DNA of 36,214 nt from Cryomorphaceae bacterium (lineage in GTDB: Bacteria; Bacteroidota; Bacteroidia; Flavobacteriales_D; Cryomorphaceae), in assembly GCA_036796255.1 (NCBI GenBank), contig DAIRDH010000024.1:9186-45399 (forward strand), in the 5' to 3' direction. The notes below the pieces were generated by a model, which made no database searches, was not told the DNA's origin, and saw only the letters and a program-made list of their open reading frames with translations. Made by a program: the position numbers and the translations under genes. The number at the start of each line of letters is the position of its first letter. The stretch's first letter is position 1. Positions 26,334 through 36,214 of the stretch are shown here, one piece after another.

Positions 26334-28490
26334 CTAGGCGATGGCTTCGGCCATTCCGGATACCTTAGGCAAGGTAACGATGGCTTGCGTACCCAATCCC
26401 TCATTGTTGCGCAAGGTGAATAAACCACCATGCGCTTTAGCAAAATCGCTCACCAACCTCAAGCCCAAACCTGTGCCTCGCTCGCCCATGGTACCAGACT
26501 TGCTTTGGATGGTTTGCGACTTTTCAATTTTATCCATCACATCCTCCTCTACGCCCGCTCCTTCATCACGCACAAAAAATTCATAGCCTTCATCGCTTTC
26601 GGATAGCAAGAGGTTAATTTCACCACCTTTTGGGCTATACTTTATAGCATTATTGAGTAAGTTGGTCACGATGCTGCGAAATTGATTTTCATCGGCGTAT
26701 AATTGTTCCGTGCATTCGATGCTAATTTCAATGCTTTTCAACTGAAGCTGGGTTTGATGAAGTGCCACAGCTTCACTGATTATTTCCCTTGGGCTAAACC
26801 ATATGCGCACAGGGATAAGATTTTGAATCTCATTGCGCGACCATTCCACCATATTCTGAAGCGTTTTTAAATTGGCGTTGGCTTCTCCTTCAAGTCGCTC
26901 GAGCATGTCGTCACCTACGCCCGATTTTTTCAGGGTATCGCGGGCCAATTCCAGAATACCAATAATGCTGTTGAGCGGTGCCCTCAAATCATGACCAATC
27001 ACTGAAATCACCCGGTTCTTGAATTCATAGGCTTCAGTCAGCTTTGCTTTTTGCTCCTGCACAAGATCAAGCTGCTCCTGAAGGTCTTTTTGGCCTTTTT
27101 CAATTGTGCGTAAGGCCATATTGCGCTGCCGGATGGCACGAAGCAAGCCAAACCCTATTGCGATCAGCGCCAGTATAGCAACGATGAGGCCAATCAGCAT
27201 TACACGCTGCAAACTTATTTTCTCATCCTTGAGTTTATTTTGCGAAAGCAAGGCCTCATTTTCCTTAAGTGTGAGCTCTGTTTCGTAGCGTGTCTTTATT
27301 TCCGCCAAGGCAGACAATTGCTCACTTTCCTCCAATGAATCCCGCAATGTGTTGTATGCTTCAAGTGTTGCGAGTGACTCCGGCCATCGCCTAAAATCTT
27401 TGTGAAGGCGGTAAAGATTGTCGATTGCGACCAGCCGCTCATTGTGCCATCCTTTATTCTCTGCCAGCGCAAGTGCGGCCTGCAGATTGTCATATGCAAT
27501 TTTGTAATTGCCCAGCTGCTTATGGGTGGCTGCGAGAGCCAATCCTGTATGATACAACCCTATATCGATGCCATGTTCTTTACAGATCGCTGTAGCATTT
27601 GAATAGTTCAAAATTGCATTGTCCAAATTTCCGTCATCGAGGCTTAAATTACCCAAGGCATAATACATATTGGCCATACCACCTACATCTCCAGCTGCCA
27701 TTTTTAATTCTTTGGCCTTGGCAATGTAAACCTGTGAACTGTCCAATTGCCCTAAATGTAAAAAAGTAAGCGCTAAATTACCGTAGCTGCGACTCAAAGC
27801 TGCAGAAGATTTGGCTTCTTTTGCCAGGTCTATGGACTTGCGAAAGTGTTTAACTGCCAGATCAAACTCCTGTAGATCACTGCGGTAAAGCTCTCCAATG
27901 TTGCCTGTGGAGGTGGCTTGCTGCAGCAATTGTCCTGTACGTTCAAAATAGTTGTTCGCCTTAATATATAGTGCAAGGGAACTATCAGGCCTTCCAATGC
28001 TTCCATATGATACTGCCATATTTTGAAGAATGGAATAATAGCTGGCACTATCCGTCGCTTCGACAAATGAAAGCGCCCTTTTTTGTTGAAGCAGCGAAAC
28101 ATGAAAATTGCCAGCGGAGGCATGTGCATTTGCCAAAGTGGAATAACTCACAAGCATTTTCTTCTCCTCACCCAGCTGTGTGGCTTTGGCCAAAGCCAGT
28201 GTGCAATAGTGAATAGCGCTTTCATGTTTATTCATATCGAAGTAGAGCATACCACTTCGGATATAATAATCAAAGAGGAGGGTATCTGTACTGATGTAGG
28301 GGAGCAACTCGGTGGCTTTAACCTGAAACTCATCTGCTCTTGTAAACTGCTCAGCAACAGAAAAATGCTTGATGGAGTCAAGGTATAAACGGAATTGGCG
28401 TTCAGATCCATTAACGTCTGTGCCTATCGCTGCTGAGCCAAAACCCATTACAAACAAAGAAAAAAGAAATAATGAACGCAGCTTATGCAT
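26334..28490 (-). CDS. TPR-repeat sensor histidine kinase (signal peptide, periplasmic TPR array, TM, coiled coil, HisKA, HATPase_c)
   Basis: 718 aa with multiple TPR motifs, a TM helix (VMLIGLIVAILALIAIGFGLL), an H-box (VIGHDLRAPLNS), N-box (LLNNAIKYS), G1 (VRDEGAGV) and G2 (GTGLGLRL). The window contains no receiver domain or response regulator. Confidence 0.9.
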   Translation of the reverse strand: MHKLRSLFLFSLFVMGFGSAAIGTDVNGSERQFRLYLDSIKHFSVAEQFTRADEFQVKATELLPYISTDTLLFDYYIRSGMLYFDMNKHESAIHYCTLALAKATQLGEEKKMLVSYSTLANAHASAGNFHVSLLQQKRALSFVEATDSASYYSILQNMAVSYGSIGRPDSSLALYIKANNYFERTGQLLQQATSTGNIGELYRSDLQEFDLAVKHFRKSIDLAKEAKSSAALSRSYGNLALTFLHLGQLDSSQVYIAKAKELKMAAGDVGGMANMYYALGNLSLDDGNLDNAILNYSNATAICKEHGIDIGLYHTGLALAATHKQLGNYKIAYDNLQAALALAENKGWHNERLVAIDNLYRLHKDFRRWPESLATLEAYNTLRDSLEESEQLSALAEIKTRYETELTLKENEALLSQNKLKDEKISLQRVMLIGLIVAILALIAIGFGLLRAIRQRNMALRTIEKGQKDLQEQLDLVQEQKAKLTEAYEFKNRVISVIGHDLRAPLNSIIGILELARDTLKKSGVGDDMLERLEGEANANLKTLQNMVEWSRNEIQNLIPVRIWFSPREIISEAVALHQTQLQLKSIEISIECTEQLYADENQFRSIVTNLLNNAIKYSPKGGEINLLLSESDEGYEFFVRDEGAGVEEDVMDKIEKSQTIQSKSGTMGERGTGLGLRLVSDFAKAHGGLFTLRNNEGLGTQAIVTLPKVSGMAEAIA

Positions 28491-28721
28491 AATATTTTGT
28501 AGTACTTGGACGAATTTAGGGTTAATGCTTGATGGACTTGAAAAAAAGTATCAACACTTGCACCGGACTGATTTATTTTGTGGTATGCAGGTTATGAACA
28601 AAGCGATATGGCCATTTTAAGCTTTTGTCCTAAAAGGTATTCACCCAATTCAGTGAGTTGAGCAAAAGGTTCAATCATTCAGGCACTAACATTTATTTAT
28701 TCATGATCATGCGATTCGCAT

Positions 28722-29423
28722 TTGGCTGTCTTTCCTTACCTTTCCAAATCATTTTTTATCAAAAAGCAGTTGCAAGACATATTGGACATTGTAGAGGAGC
28801 CTGGCCCCAAAATAGAGAAGAGGAGTGTTATTAAGCACATCTGGTTTTCATCGGCAGCTACTTTTCGCTTTCTGGTAAAGGAAAAATCAAGCAAGTATAT
28901 CAACCCCTTGTTTGCGCTAGGTGCACTTTGTGGCATGCTCAAACGGAGCGCTGGGTGGAATGTATTTAACCCCGATCAAGTGTGGCCTTTCGTGTTGCTT
29001 ACAGCGTTAGCGACCGTCGTTGGTGCATGGCTGCTTTACCACCTTTATGCTGTGTTAATTCGGTTTACAGCGCATTTGCTTGGAAGCAACGGCAATCTAC
29101 TTTCCGTAAAAATAGTTCTTGCCTGGTCTCTCATCCCCTATATTTGCTCCACAGTACTCATTCTACCAAAGATAGCCTATTTCGGATTGAGCATATTCAC
29201 AGACCAAAAGATTCTGATCAAGGCAAAGGCTTCGACATTGCTCAACGTAATCAACGGGCTTGAACTCATTTTCTGGCTGTGGACGGCCATTATCCTCGTG
29301 GCAGGTATTAAAGTGGCACTTCAAGTCAATCTATTTAAGGCTTTAATGAGCGTCGCTCTTCCGCCGCTAATTGCTTCAATTGTTTTTGGAGTATTGACAT
29401 TTTTGATTTTGGATCTGGCCTGA
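28722..29423 (+). CDS. Yip1-like polytopic membrane protein
   Basis: 233 aa with a soluble N-terminal segment followed by 4-5 TM helices (VLLTALATVVGAWLLYHLYAVLI; IVLAWSLIPYICSTVLIL; LIFWLWTAIILVAGI; MSVALPPLIASIVFGVLTFLILDL). Confidence 0.55.
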   Translation: MAVFPYLSKSFFIKKQLQDILDIVEEPGPKIEKRSVIKHIWFSSAATFRFLVKEKSSKYINPLFALGALCGMLKRSAGWNVFNPDQVWPFVLLTALATVVGAWLLYHLYAVLIRFTAHLLGSNGNLLSVKIVLAWSLIPYICSTVLILPKIAYFGLSIFTDQKILIKAKASTLLNVINGLELIFWLWTAIILVAGIKVALQVNLFKALMSVALPPLIASIVFGVLTFLILDLA

Positions 29424-29582
29424 TACACCTTCGAATAATACAACGATAATTTGGAAACTATTATCCCAATACAGGCAAAACAGCCTGCCTTTCTGAACTA
29501 TATTATTTTATCCTGCGCTTTGATATAAGTGAATAAAGGATTATTTTTCACCATTTCTTATTTAAATTTTTTGAAGACTTAT

Positions 29583-30866
29583 ATGAAAATTGAATTCGTG
29601 AATCATGCTTCATTTATCGTGAGCTCTGGCGCGGTAAAGCTCATGTGCGATCCCTGGCTTGATGGGCCCGCATTTCACCACGGCTGGGCTCTGATAGCCC
29701 CAACTGACTTCTCATATGAGCGCTTTGGTGAAATCACGCATATTTGGTTCTCACATGAGCATCCCGACCACTTTAGCCCACCCAACCTCAACAAAATTCC
29801 CGAAGCTGACCGGAAAAGAATCACTATTTTATTTCAAAAAACCAAAGACAAAAAAGTGATCAACTACTGTCGGTCAATTGGTTTTGTAAATATTAGAGAA
29901 TTGAGCCATCAGTGGGAGAGCATAAACCCTGACTTTCGATTGATCAACAGGCCGCATACCGATGGTGATTCCTGGCTTTGTATCGAAACAGGAGGCAAAC
30001 GACTGCTCAACGTCAACGACTGCAATCTTGAAAGTGATGTTGAGGTGCGCAATATTGCGCGCGCTGTCAATGGCGCTATTGATATTTTGTTCACCCAATT
30101 TTCATACGCCAATGCCATTGGCAATCGCGCGGATACCGCGCTCAGGGCTCAATTTGCGAAAGCGAAAATAGAAGAAATCCAGCGACAAATTCGGATCCTG
30201 AAACCCAGCTTCGTGGTTCCCTTTGCCAGCTTCGTATGGTTCAGTCATGAGGAGAACTTCTTCCGCAATGATGCGATCAATACAGTTGCGACAGCCCACG
30301 ATGAAATTCTAAAGTTTGGTTCGCAGCCTATTGTACTATTCAACGGCGATTCATGGATACCACCTCAGCCCCATGACTCCCGGGCAGCAATTGACAAATG
30401 GAATGCAAGCTATGGCAAAATGATCACTGAGGATGCTGTGAAAAAATCCACAAGCGTCGAAGCAACAGATTTGATGGCGACTGCGGCTTCGTTTTGCAAA
30501 AGACTGAAGGAAAAGAACAGCTTTCTCATCCGTTTCTGGCTTCAGCCCACTTTCATTTTTGTGCGTGATTTAAATCAAAGTTACCTCTTCCATTTAGATG
30601 GTTTGAAGGAATCGGAAACTTCTCCTCACCTCTGTGATGTTCATATAGGAAGTGAAGCTTTACACTATTGCTTCAAGCACGAATGGGGCGGAAGTACCAC
30701 GCGCATTAATGGGCGCTATGAGACCACCCCTTTCGGCAAATTTGAACGATTCAAGCGTTATTTTCTAATTTCCCAAATGAACAATCAAGGGGAGTCTATG
30801 GGAGTGAACTATGCCGCCCACTATGGCAAAGTAAGCCTGCGCAATAAGCTTCTGCAAAAGATTTAA
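29583..30866 (+). CDS. MBL-fold metallo-hydrolase with a roughly 200-aa uncharacterised C-terminal extension
   Basis: MKIEFVNHASFIVSSGAVKLMCDPWL...WFSHEHPDHF carries the HxHxDH motif. The ATG at 29583 is preferred over the track start at 29529. Confidence 0.75.
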   Translation: MKIEFVNHASFIVSSGAVKLMCDPWLDGPAFHHGWALIAPTDFSYERFGEITHIWFSHEHPDHFSPPNLNKIPEADRKRITILFQKTKDKKVINYCRSIGFVNIRELSHQWESINPDFRLINRPHTDGDSWLCIETGGKRLLNVNDCNLESDVEVRNIARAVNGAIDILFTQFSYANAIGNRADTALRAQFAKAKIEEIQRQIRILKPSFVVPFASFVWFSHEENFFRNDAINTVATAHDEILKFGSQPIVLFNGDSWIPPQPHDSRAAIDKWNASYGKMITEDAVKKSTSVEATDLMATAASFCKRLKEKNSFLIRFWLQPTFIFVRDLNQSYLFHLDGLKESETSPHLCDVHIGSEALHYCFKHEWGGSTTRINGRYETTPFGKFERFKRYFLISQMNNQGESMGVNYAAHYGKVSLRNKLLQKI

Positions 30867-30948
30867 AGGTATTGAAAAGGTGCAGCGACCCATTCTCAAA
30901 AGGCGACCAGCGTTGGCTCGGTCAGCTCTCTATGCGTAAATTTGAGGC

Positions 30949-32955
30949 TTATTCTCGTTTCTTGTATGCAATGATAGCTCCCTTTTGCGGTACGGATATA
31001 CTCCGCTCATATTGCCTCTTGCCCGAAGTAGCCCCGCTGCCTTGCCAAGCCAAGGTCCAGCTGCCTGGAGGCAGGTTTGTTTGCTTGTCAACATGACCGC
31101 CGTTAAATGCGAGAAATACTTCCGACCATGAATCACTGTCAGGCGCTTGGATGCTGTAAGCAATGACGGTAGTGTCAGAAGGCAGGAACTTAAGGCGCGC
31201 CCGCACTTCATCAGCTGATCCTAAACGGAGGGCCGGATGTGCTTTACGCAACTCAATTAGCTCCTTATAAGCCTTGAAGACATCGGCATACTCCTGCTTG
31301 CGGTCCCAGTTTATTTGATTGATAGAATCGGCTGATTTGTATGAGTTTTCTTCTCCATCCTTACTGCGCATGAAGTCAACACCGGCATGCAGAAAAGGTA
31401 CTGCCTGTGAGGTGAGCACCACAGTATTGGCAAGAATGTGCATTTTCTTTATTTCTTCAGTTGACGCGTCGGGATGGGCTATGGTCAACTTATCGAAGAG
31501 GGTGTGGTTGTCATGGCATGATACGTAAGCGATGCATTGCCAGGGCTCGAGTGCCCAAGGTGCTATTGAATTGTTGACCTTGTCATAATCTATCCATTCA
31601 TGCTCTGTAGCACCCACAATTCCAAACTTTACGCTTTCGCGCAGCTGAGATACATTGCCCACAAATCCACGTGAATCGTGGTGACTCCAGCTGCCTTTTA
31701 ATCCATCGCGTATATCGTCACTAAATGCTGCAATGCCTGGCATCCGATATGTAGCTGACTTCAGTGCGCGCTTATTTTCCGGAAGGGGAGAATTATCGGC
31801 GGTCCAGCCTTCGCCGTAAATGAACACATCAGGGCGGATGCCGCGAAGGGTCTTTTCAATTTCATTCATGGTGGTGATGTCATGCACCGCCATCAGGTCA
31901 AAGCGGAAGCCATCAATATGGTATTCTTCCATCCAATACTTGAGCGATTCGATCATAAATTTGCGCATCATGGGCTTTTCTGATGCAGTCTCATTGCCGC
32001 AACCACTTGCGTTGCCAAGGCTGCCATCCTTCCAGTACCGGTAGTAGTAACCTGGTACAAGCGCGTCAAAAGGCAGGCCCTGCACCCTGCCCGTGTGGTT
32101 GTACACCACGTCCATAATTACGCCTATACCTGCATCGTGCAAGGCTTTGACCATTGCTTTAAATTCGAGAATGCGCACCGCGCCATCCGAAGGATCAGTA
32201 GAATAGCTTCCCTCGGGAACATTGTAATTTTGAGGGTCATAGCCCCAATTGAACTGCGGTCGGTCAAGCCTTGATTCATCTACACTCAGAAAATCAAAAG
32301 CAGGCAATAAATGCACATGGGTTACTCCCAGTTCCAGGAGGTGATCTACGCCTGTCACAGTGCCTGCGGGGGTCGTGGTTTCCCTTTCAGTAAATGCCAA
32401 ATATTTGCCTTTATGCTTCATACCCGACTGAGGATGTATAGAAAAGTCGCGAATGTGCAATTCATAAATCACTATGTCATTGAATGACTCCACAAAAGGT
32501 GATTTGTCATCGCTCCATCCGGGTGGATTGACTTCAGACGGATTGATAATTTGACCTTTTGTGCCATTGGTCCCTACCGCCTTGGCATAGGGATCCGGAA
32601 CCTGAGGCCTCCACGTGCCATCCACTTTGGCCGAGAGTGTATAGTACAAGCCTCTGGTTTCATTCCCCAATATTGCCGACCACACGCCTTCGGCTTCGCG
32701 GGTTAATGCCACTTCGCTGTATGGTGCGGAGTCCTTTCGATCTGTTCTAAAAAGGCGGAGTGTGATCGCCTCAGCCGGTGGGCTCCAAACCTTTAAAGCA
32801 ATGGTATCATCCTTAAAGGTCAAGCCTAGATCTTGACCATGGTATACGGGAAATTCATCTGAACTCACAGTGTCATTGTTTTTGCATTCCACAAAAATGC
32901 TTGCTATAACGAGACATACAGGTAGAAATGGAAGATTTATGTGTAAGTATTTCAT
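30949..32955 (-). CDS. pulA: Type I pullulanase / GH13 alpha-1,6-glucosidase, probable lipoprotein
   Basis: N-terminal CBM48-like region, then GH13 catalytic motifs (DVVYNHT; GFRFDLMAVHD; YGEGW; VSCHDNHTLFD). The signal peptide ends IASIFVEC, which looks like a lipobox. The ATG at 32955 (MKYLHINL) is preferred. Confidence 0.9.
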   Translation of the reverse strand: MKYLHINLPFLPVCLVIASIFVECKNNDTVSSDEFPVYHGQDLGLTFKDDTIALKVWSPPAEAITLRLFRTDRKDSAPYSEVALTREAEGVWSAILGNETRGLYYTLSAKVDGTWRPQVPDPYAKAVGTNGTKGQIINPSEVNPPGWSDDKSPFVESFNDIVIYELHIRDFSIHPQSGMKHKGKYLAFTERETTTPAGTVTGVDHLLELGVTHVHLLPAFDFLSVDESRLDRPQFNWGYDPQNYNVPEGSYSTDPSDGAVRILEFKAMVKALHDAGIGVIMDVVYNHTGRVQGLPFDALVPGYYYRYWKDGSLGNASGCGNETASEKPMMRKFMIESLKYWMEEYHIDGFRFDLMAVHDITTMNEIEKTLRGIRPDVFIYGEGWTADNSPLPENKRALKSATYRMPGIAAFSDDIRDGLKGSWSHHDSRGFVGNVSQLRESVKFGIVGATEHEWIDYDKVNNSIAPWALEPWQCIAYVSCHDNHTLFDKLTIAHPDASTEEIKKMHILANTVVLTSQAVPFLHAGVDFMRSKDGEENSYKSADSINQINWDRKQEYADVFKAYKELIELRKAHPALRLGSADEVRARLKFLPSDTTVIAYSIQAPDSDSWSEVFLAFNGGHVDKQTNLPPGSWTLAWQGSGATSGKRQYERSISVPQKGAIIAYKKRE

Positions 32956-33365
32956 GATTTGCTCAACCTGTAATTGGATACTTGATGTCAACGGACAATG
33001 GGCAAATATAGCAGGATAAAGACCTTGAAATGCAAGGGATATAAAATGTCATCCATACAGACTTTAATGTAAGGTTGGTTTGTTCAGATTCCAACTATGC
33101 CTGAATAGATAAGCTCAGCCGCTTTGGCAATCATTTCGACATTCGGGTGCTCGATTCACGTTTTTGTCGAATAAAATTGGTTTTTTTGTAGAAACCCCGT
33201 GGATGAAATTGCGTAAGAGCACGAGCAAACAAAACTTTGTTGATTAATTATTTGGTACATAAAGTCCAAACCCGGAAAAGTCATTTAGCTTTCCACATTA
33301 AAACTATTCGTGAATCAACTGATCTTCAGCAATCCTTTGCATAACCTTGGACTGACCATTAAAGC

Positions 33366-36214
33366 ATGAAAAAAATTCTCCCCATACTTCTGATTATAAT
33401 GCCATTATCAATCTTTGCACAGATTGATACAGAATTTTGGTTTGGTGCACCAGACCTCACCATGGGTACTGCAGGTGAAATAGCTGGTGGCAACAGAAGA
33501 GACAGCACTGTGCTGCTCGTTTTCTCTACTTTCGATCAGCCCAGCCAGGTGCGCGTATCGCAGCCGGCCAATCTTGACTTCACTCCTATTGTGGTAAACA
33601 TACCCGCCAATAGTACTCAAGAAGTCAATCTTGGACAGTGGCTTTCAGAAATCGAAACCAAACCCGCCAATACAGTGCTCAACACTGGATTACTGGTGAG
33701 GGCAACGAAGCCAATTAATGCCTATTACGAAATCAGAACCCAAACATCCGGCAATGCAGACATCTATTCCCTAAAGGGAAAAAATGGACTTGGCACAAAG
33801 TTTTATACGCCTTTTCAACAGGAATTCAGAAACAATCAAAGCCTTAACGGACAACCATACATTCCTGGACCGCGTTCAGGATTTATTGTAATGGCTACAG
33901 ACGACAATACTACCATACAGATTACTCCGGCTATTGACCTTTTCGGGCATCCGGCCGATGAAATGTTTGAGGTTGTACTGAACCGCGGGCAAACTTACGC
34001 CTGCGAATCAGTGAGTGGAGAGCCAGGCACTAAGCCAGCAGGTACACTGATCGAAAGCGACAAACCAATCGTGGTGAGTGTAAAAGATGACATGATCGAT
34101 TGTACCCCACAGGACGACGGTGGCGCTGACATCGCAGGTGATCAGCTTATTGCTGAAGAATACCTGGGGACTGAGCATATTTTCGTAAAGAGCAATCTGA
34201 TTGACAATTCTGACCGCATTGTAGTATGTGGGGTCGTGGATGGCACCGAGCTTTTTATCGATGGCGCTACCACACCCATTACGATCAATGCAGGGGAGCA
34301 ACATATATACCCTTTTGATGGAGACGCATCTTACCTCACCAGCAGTGAAAAGGTGGCAGTATTTCACATCGCCGGTTTCAGCACTCAGCTCGCAGGTGCA
34401 GTTGTGCCTTCGCTGGAGTGCACCGGAAGCAACCAGGTTGGGTTTGTCCGCGGCTTCAACAGGCCATTCTTTCTATCGATTACTATTCGCGCAGGATCCG
34501 AAGACGGTTTTGAACTCAATGGAAACCCTAGCCTGGTGCCCGCAAGTGCCTTTAGCCCGGTACCTGGAACTGACGGCGAGTATGTGTGGGCGCGCATTTC
34601 GTACAACACGAGCCAGATTCCGGTGGGCCAAGCCAATCTTCTCACAAACTTTGGTGATGAGTTATTCCATATGGGGATGACCAATGGCAACCAACAACAA
34701 ATGTGCAATTATGGTTACTTCTCAGCATTCAGCTTCTTGAACATTGGCGAGAATAGTGAGGTTTGTATAGGTGATTCACTGGTCTTGGATGCCGGCCCTG
34801 GTAAGACCAGCTATGCCTGGAGCACAGGTGAAGAAACCCAATCAATAACTGTTACCCAACCAGGCACTTATTTTGTGGAAGTTTTTAGCGGAAGCGATTG
34901 CTCAGCCACCGATACCATAGAGGTTACCTACTACCAGCCTCCTGTCAATCTCGGTCAAAATGACACTATTTGTGCGGGAACACCCCAATTAATTACAGTT
35001 GATGGCAACTATATATTTACATGGAGTGATGGCTCTACTGGCAACAGCATTGAAGTGAGTGATGAAGGCTGGGTATGGGTTGAAGTGACCGACTTTCAGG
35101 AATGCACGCTAAGAGATTCCCTTTTCGTTACTGTAAGCCCAAGGCCTGACACGCCCGGAGTTACAGGGCAAGATATTTACTGTGTGGGAGAAACGCTACA
35201 ACTCAGTATTGATACGATTGAAAACGCGAGCTACCGGTTTTCCCGAAACGATTCTATTATTTCGTTTAGCCAAACCCTTAGCATCGAAAACCTTCAGTTC
35301 AGTGATGTTGGAGTGTATGAAGCTTTTATAGTCGTTGACGGTTGTGAGAGCTTCAGCAATCTTGTGAACATCGAAATTCTTCCCTCTCCGATTTTTTCCC
35401 TCCCCGATGATCAAATTCTCTGTGAGGGTGAAACCTTCATTCTGAATACAAGTTTGAATGCCCCAAACTTTAGCTATTTGTGGCAAAACGGATCGACAAA
35501 CCAAACCATTTTTGCCACACAAACAGGAACATATTATGTGGATGTCATCAATGATTTCGACTGTTTGTGGAGCGATACAACCTTCCTTCAATTCAATCCT
35601 GTCCCTGAAAATCCAACCCTTTCGGGTAATGAACCCACTTGCGAAGGGGCCCCACTCACCATCAATACGCAAAGCCAGCCAAATGTCACTTATACCTGGA
35701 CTGATGCCGAGGGAAATGTAATATTTGAAGGATTTACCTTGAATTTCGAACAAGCCATGTTGAGCCAGTCTGGCGCATACAGCGTCGGAGCCACGCAGGA
35801 AAATTGCTCATCTGAAGTCGTTAATTTCGACATTGAAGTATTGACTAACCCTGTGATTGTGCTGCCGGCTGACACCACCTTGTGCGACGGAGAGACCCTT
35901 GTACTTTCCGCAGAGGGTGAATTTAGTTCCATTCAATGGGACAATGGCAGCACAGAATCTGTGATCATCGTGGGCAGTGGTGCATACGAAGCAACTGTAA
36001 GCAGCGAGAACGGCTGCACGGCAATTGCATCAATAATTATTACAGAAGATGGACCTACTGCAGGATTTGACTTTTCTCCTGCAGGCCCCGTAGAGCCGGA
36101 ACAACTTGTGGAATTTAATGACCAGTCGGCATCAGGCGAAGCGTCAATAACACAATGGCTGTGGTCATTTGGTGATGGAGGTTCCAGCACCCAAACAAAT
36201 CCTGATTATGCCTA
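33366..36214 (+). CDS. Large cell-surface protein, partial. It has an IgGFc-binding-like N-terminal domain, at least six tandem two-cysteine Ig-like repeats of about 75 aa, and a PKD domain. It is a likely T9SS cargo or gliding-associated adhesin
   Basis: Open frame from the ATG at 33366 to the window end, over 949 codons. That is why it is missing from the ORF track. Signal peptide is MKKILPILLIIMPLSIFAQ. The repeats carry CxG/C...C pairs (EVCIGDSLVLDAG...SDCSATDTIEV; TICAGTPQLI...QECTLRD; IYCVGETLQL...DGCESF and further units). The final segment FSPAGPVEPEQLVEFNDQSASGEASITQWLWSFGDGGSS is PKD-like. Confidence 0.85.
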   Translation, partial: MKKILPILLIIMPLSIFAQIDTEFWFGAPDLTMGTAGEIAGGNRRDSTVLLVFSTFDQPSQVRVSQPANLDFTPIVVNIPANSTQEVNLGQWLSEIETKPANTVLNTGLLVRATKPINAYYEIRTQTSGNADIYSLKGKNGLGTKFYTPFQQEFRNNQSLNGQPYIPGPRSGFIVMATDDNTTIQITPAIDLFGHPADEMFEVVLNRGQTYACESVSGEPGTKPAGTLIESDKPIVVSVKDDMIDCTPQDDGGADIAGDQLIAEEYLGTEHIFVKSNLIDNSDRIVVCGVVDGTELFIDGATTPITINAGEQHIYPFDGDASYLTSSEKVAVFHIAGFSTQLAGAVVPSLECTGSNQVGFVRGFNRPFFLSITIRAGSEDGFELNGNPSLVPASAFSPVPGTDGEYVWARISYNTSQIPVGQANLLTNFGDELFHMGMTNGNQQQMCNYGYFSAFSFLNIGENSEVCIGDSLVLDAGPGKTSYAWSTGEETQSITVTQPGTYFVEVFSGSDCSATDTIEVTYYQPPVNLGQNDTICAGTPQLITVDGNYIFTWSDGSTGNSIEVSDEGWVWVEVTDFQECTLRDSLFVTVSPRPDTPGVTGQDIYCVGETLQLSIDTIENASYRFSRNDSIISFSQTLSIENLQFSDVGVYEAFIVVDGCESFSNLVNIEILPSPIFSLPDDQILCEGETFILNTSLNAPNFSYLWQNGSTNQTIFATQTGTYYVDVINDFDCLWSDTTFLQFNPVPENPTLSGNEPTCEGAPLTINTQSQPNVTYTWTDAEGNVIFEGFTLNFEQAMLSQSGAYSVGATQENCSSEVVNFDIEVLTNPVIVLPADTTLCDGETLVLSAEGEFSSIQWDNGSTESVIIVGSGAYEATVSSENGCTAIASIIITEDGPTAGFDFSPAGPVEPEQLVEFNDQSASGEASITQWLWSFGDGGSSTQTNPDYA

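Noticed and set aside
29482-29510. CAGGC-AAAACAG-CCTG hairpin downstream of the Yip1-like gene as a terminator
   Set aside because: The stem is only 4-5 bp and has no convincing U-tract, so it is too weak to call.
1-36214. Search for CRISPR arrays, tRNA/tmRNA/RNase P/SRP RNA genes, integrases or transposases
   Set aside because: No regularly spaced direct repeats were seen. No GGTTCGAATCC-type T-loop or CCA-end motifs and no RNase P, tmRNA or SRP signature strings were seen on either strand. No ORF has integrase or transposase motifs. This was a by-eye scan only, so covariance-model scans should confirm it.

Overview
This 36.2-kb window looks like ordinary chromosomal DNA from a Bacteroidota genome, about 48-52% GC and gene-dense. 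The phylum call rests on several observations: TAnnTTTG-type -7 promoter motifs, absence of Shine-Dalgarno sequences, frequent ATGA start/stop overlaps, a T9SS-style adhesin, and the bat aerotolerance operon. The first 9.5 kb holds a complete eight-gene MoxR-DUF58-DUF4381-BatA-BatB-BatC-BatD-BatE operon on the minus strand. The remainder carries housekeeping and envelope genes: MazG-like NTP pyrophosphohydrolase, DUF4442 hotdog thioesterase, ribH, recF-dciA(DUF721), a Gfo/Idh/MocA oxidoreductase, ndk, an SDR, a DUF4199 + GT2 pair, a flotillin/NfeD pair, PaaI thioesterase + DUF5686, dipeptide epimerase + TPR sensor kinase, a Yip1-like protein, an MBL-fold hydrolase, a type-I pullulanase, and a large IgGFc-binding/Ig-repeat/PKD surface protein truncated at the window end. 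I found no rRNA, tRNA, CRISPR array, integrase or transposase. Two regions depart from the ordinary pattern. One is a roughly 1.2-kb strongly AT-rich insertion carrying a single AAA_14/DUF4143 ATPase between the DUF4442 gene and ribH. The other is a roughly 960-bp ORF-poor gap (21420-22380) with opposing intrinsic terminators and nested hairpins, which is a candidate sRNA locus or degraded gene. I could not identify a clear-cut novel multi-gene system by eye and say so. The candidates worth computational follow-up are listed with explicit tests.
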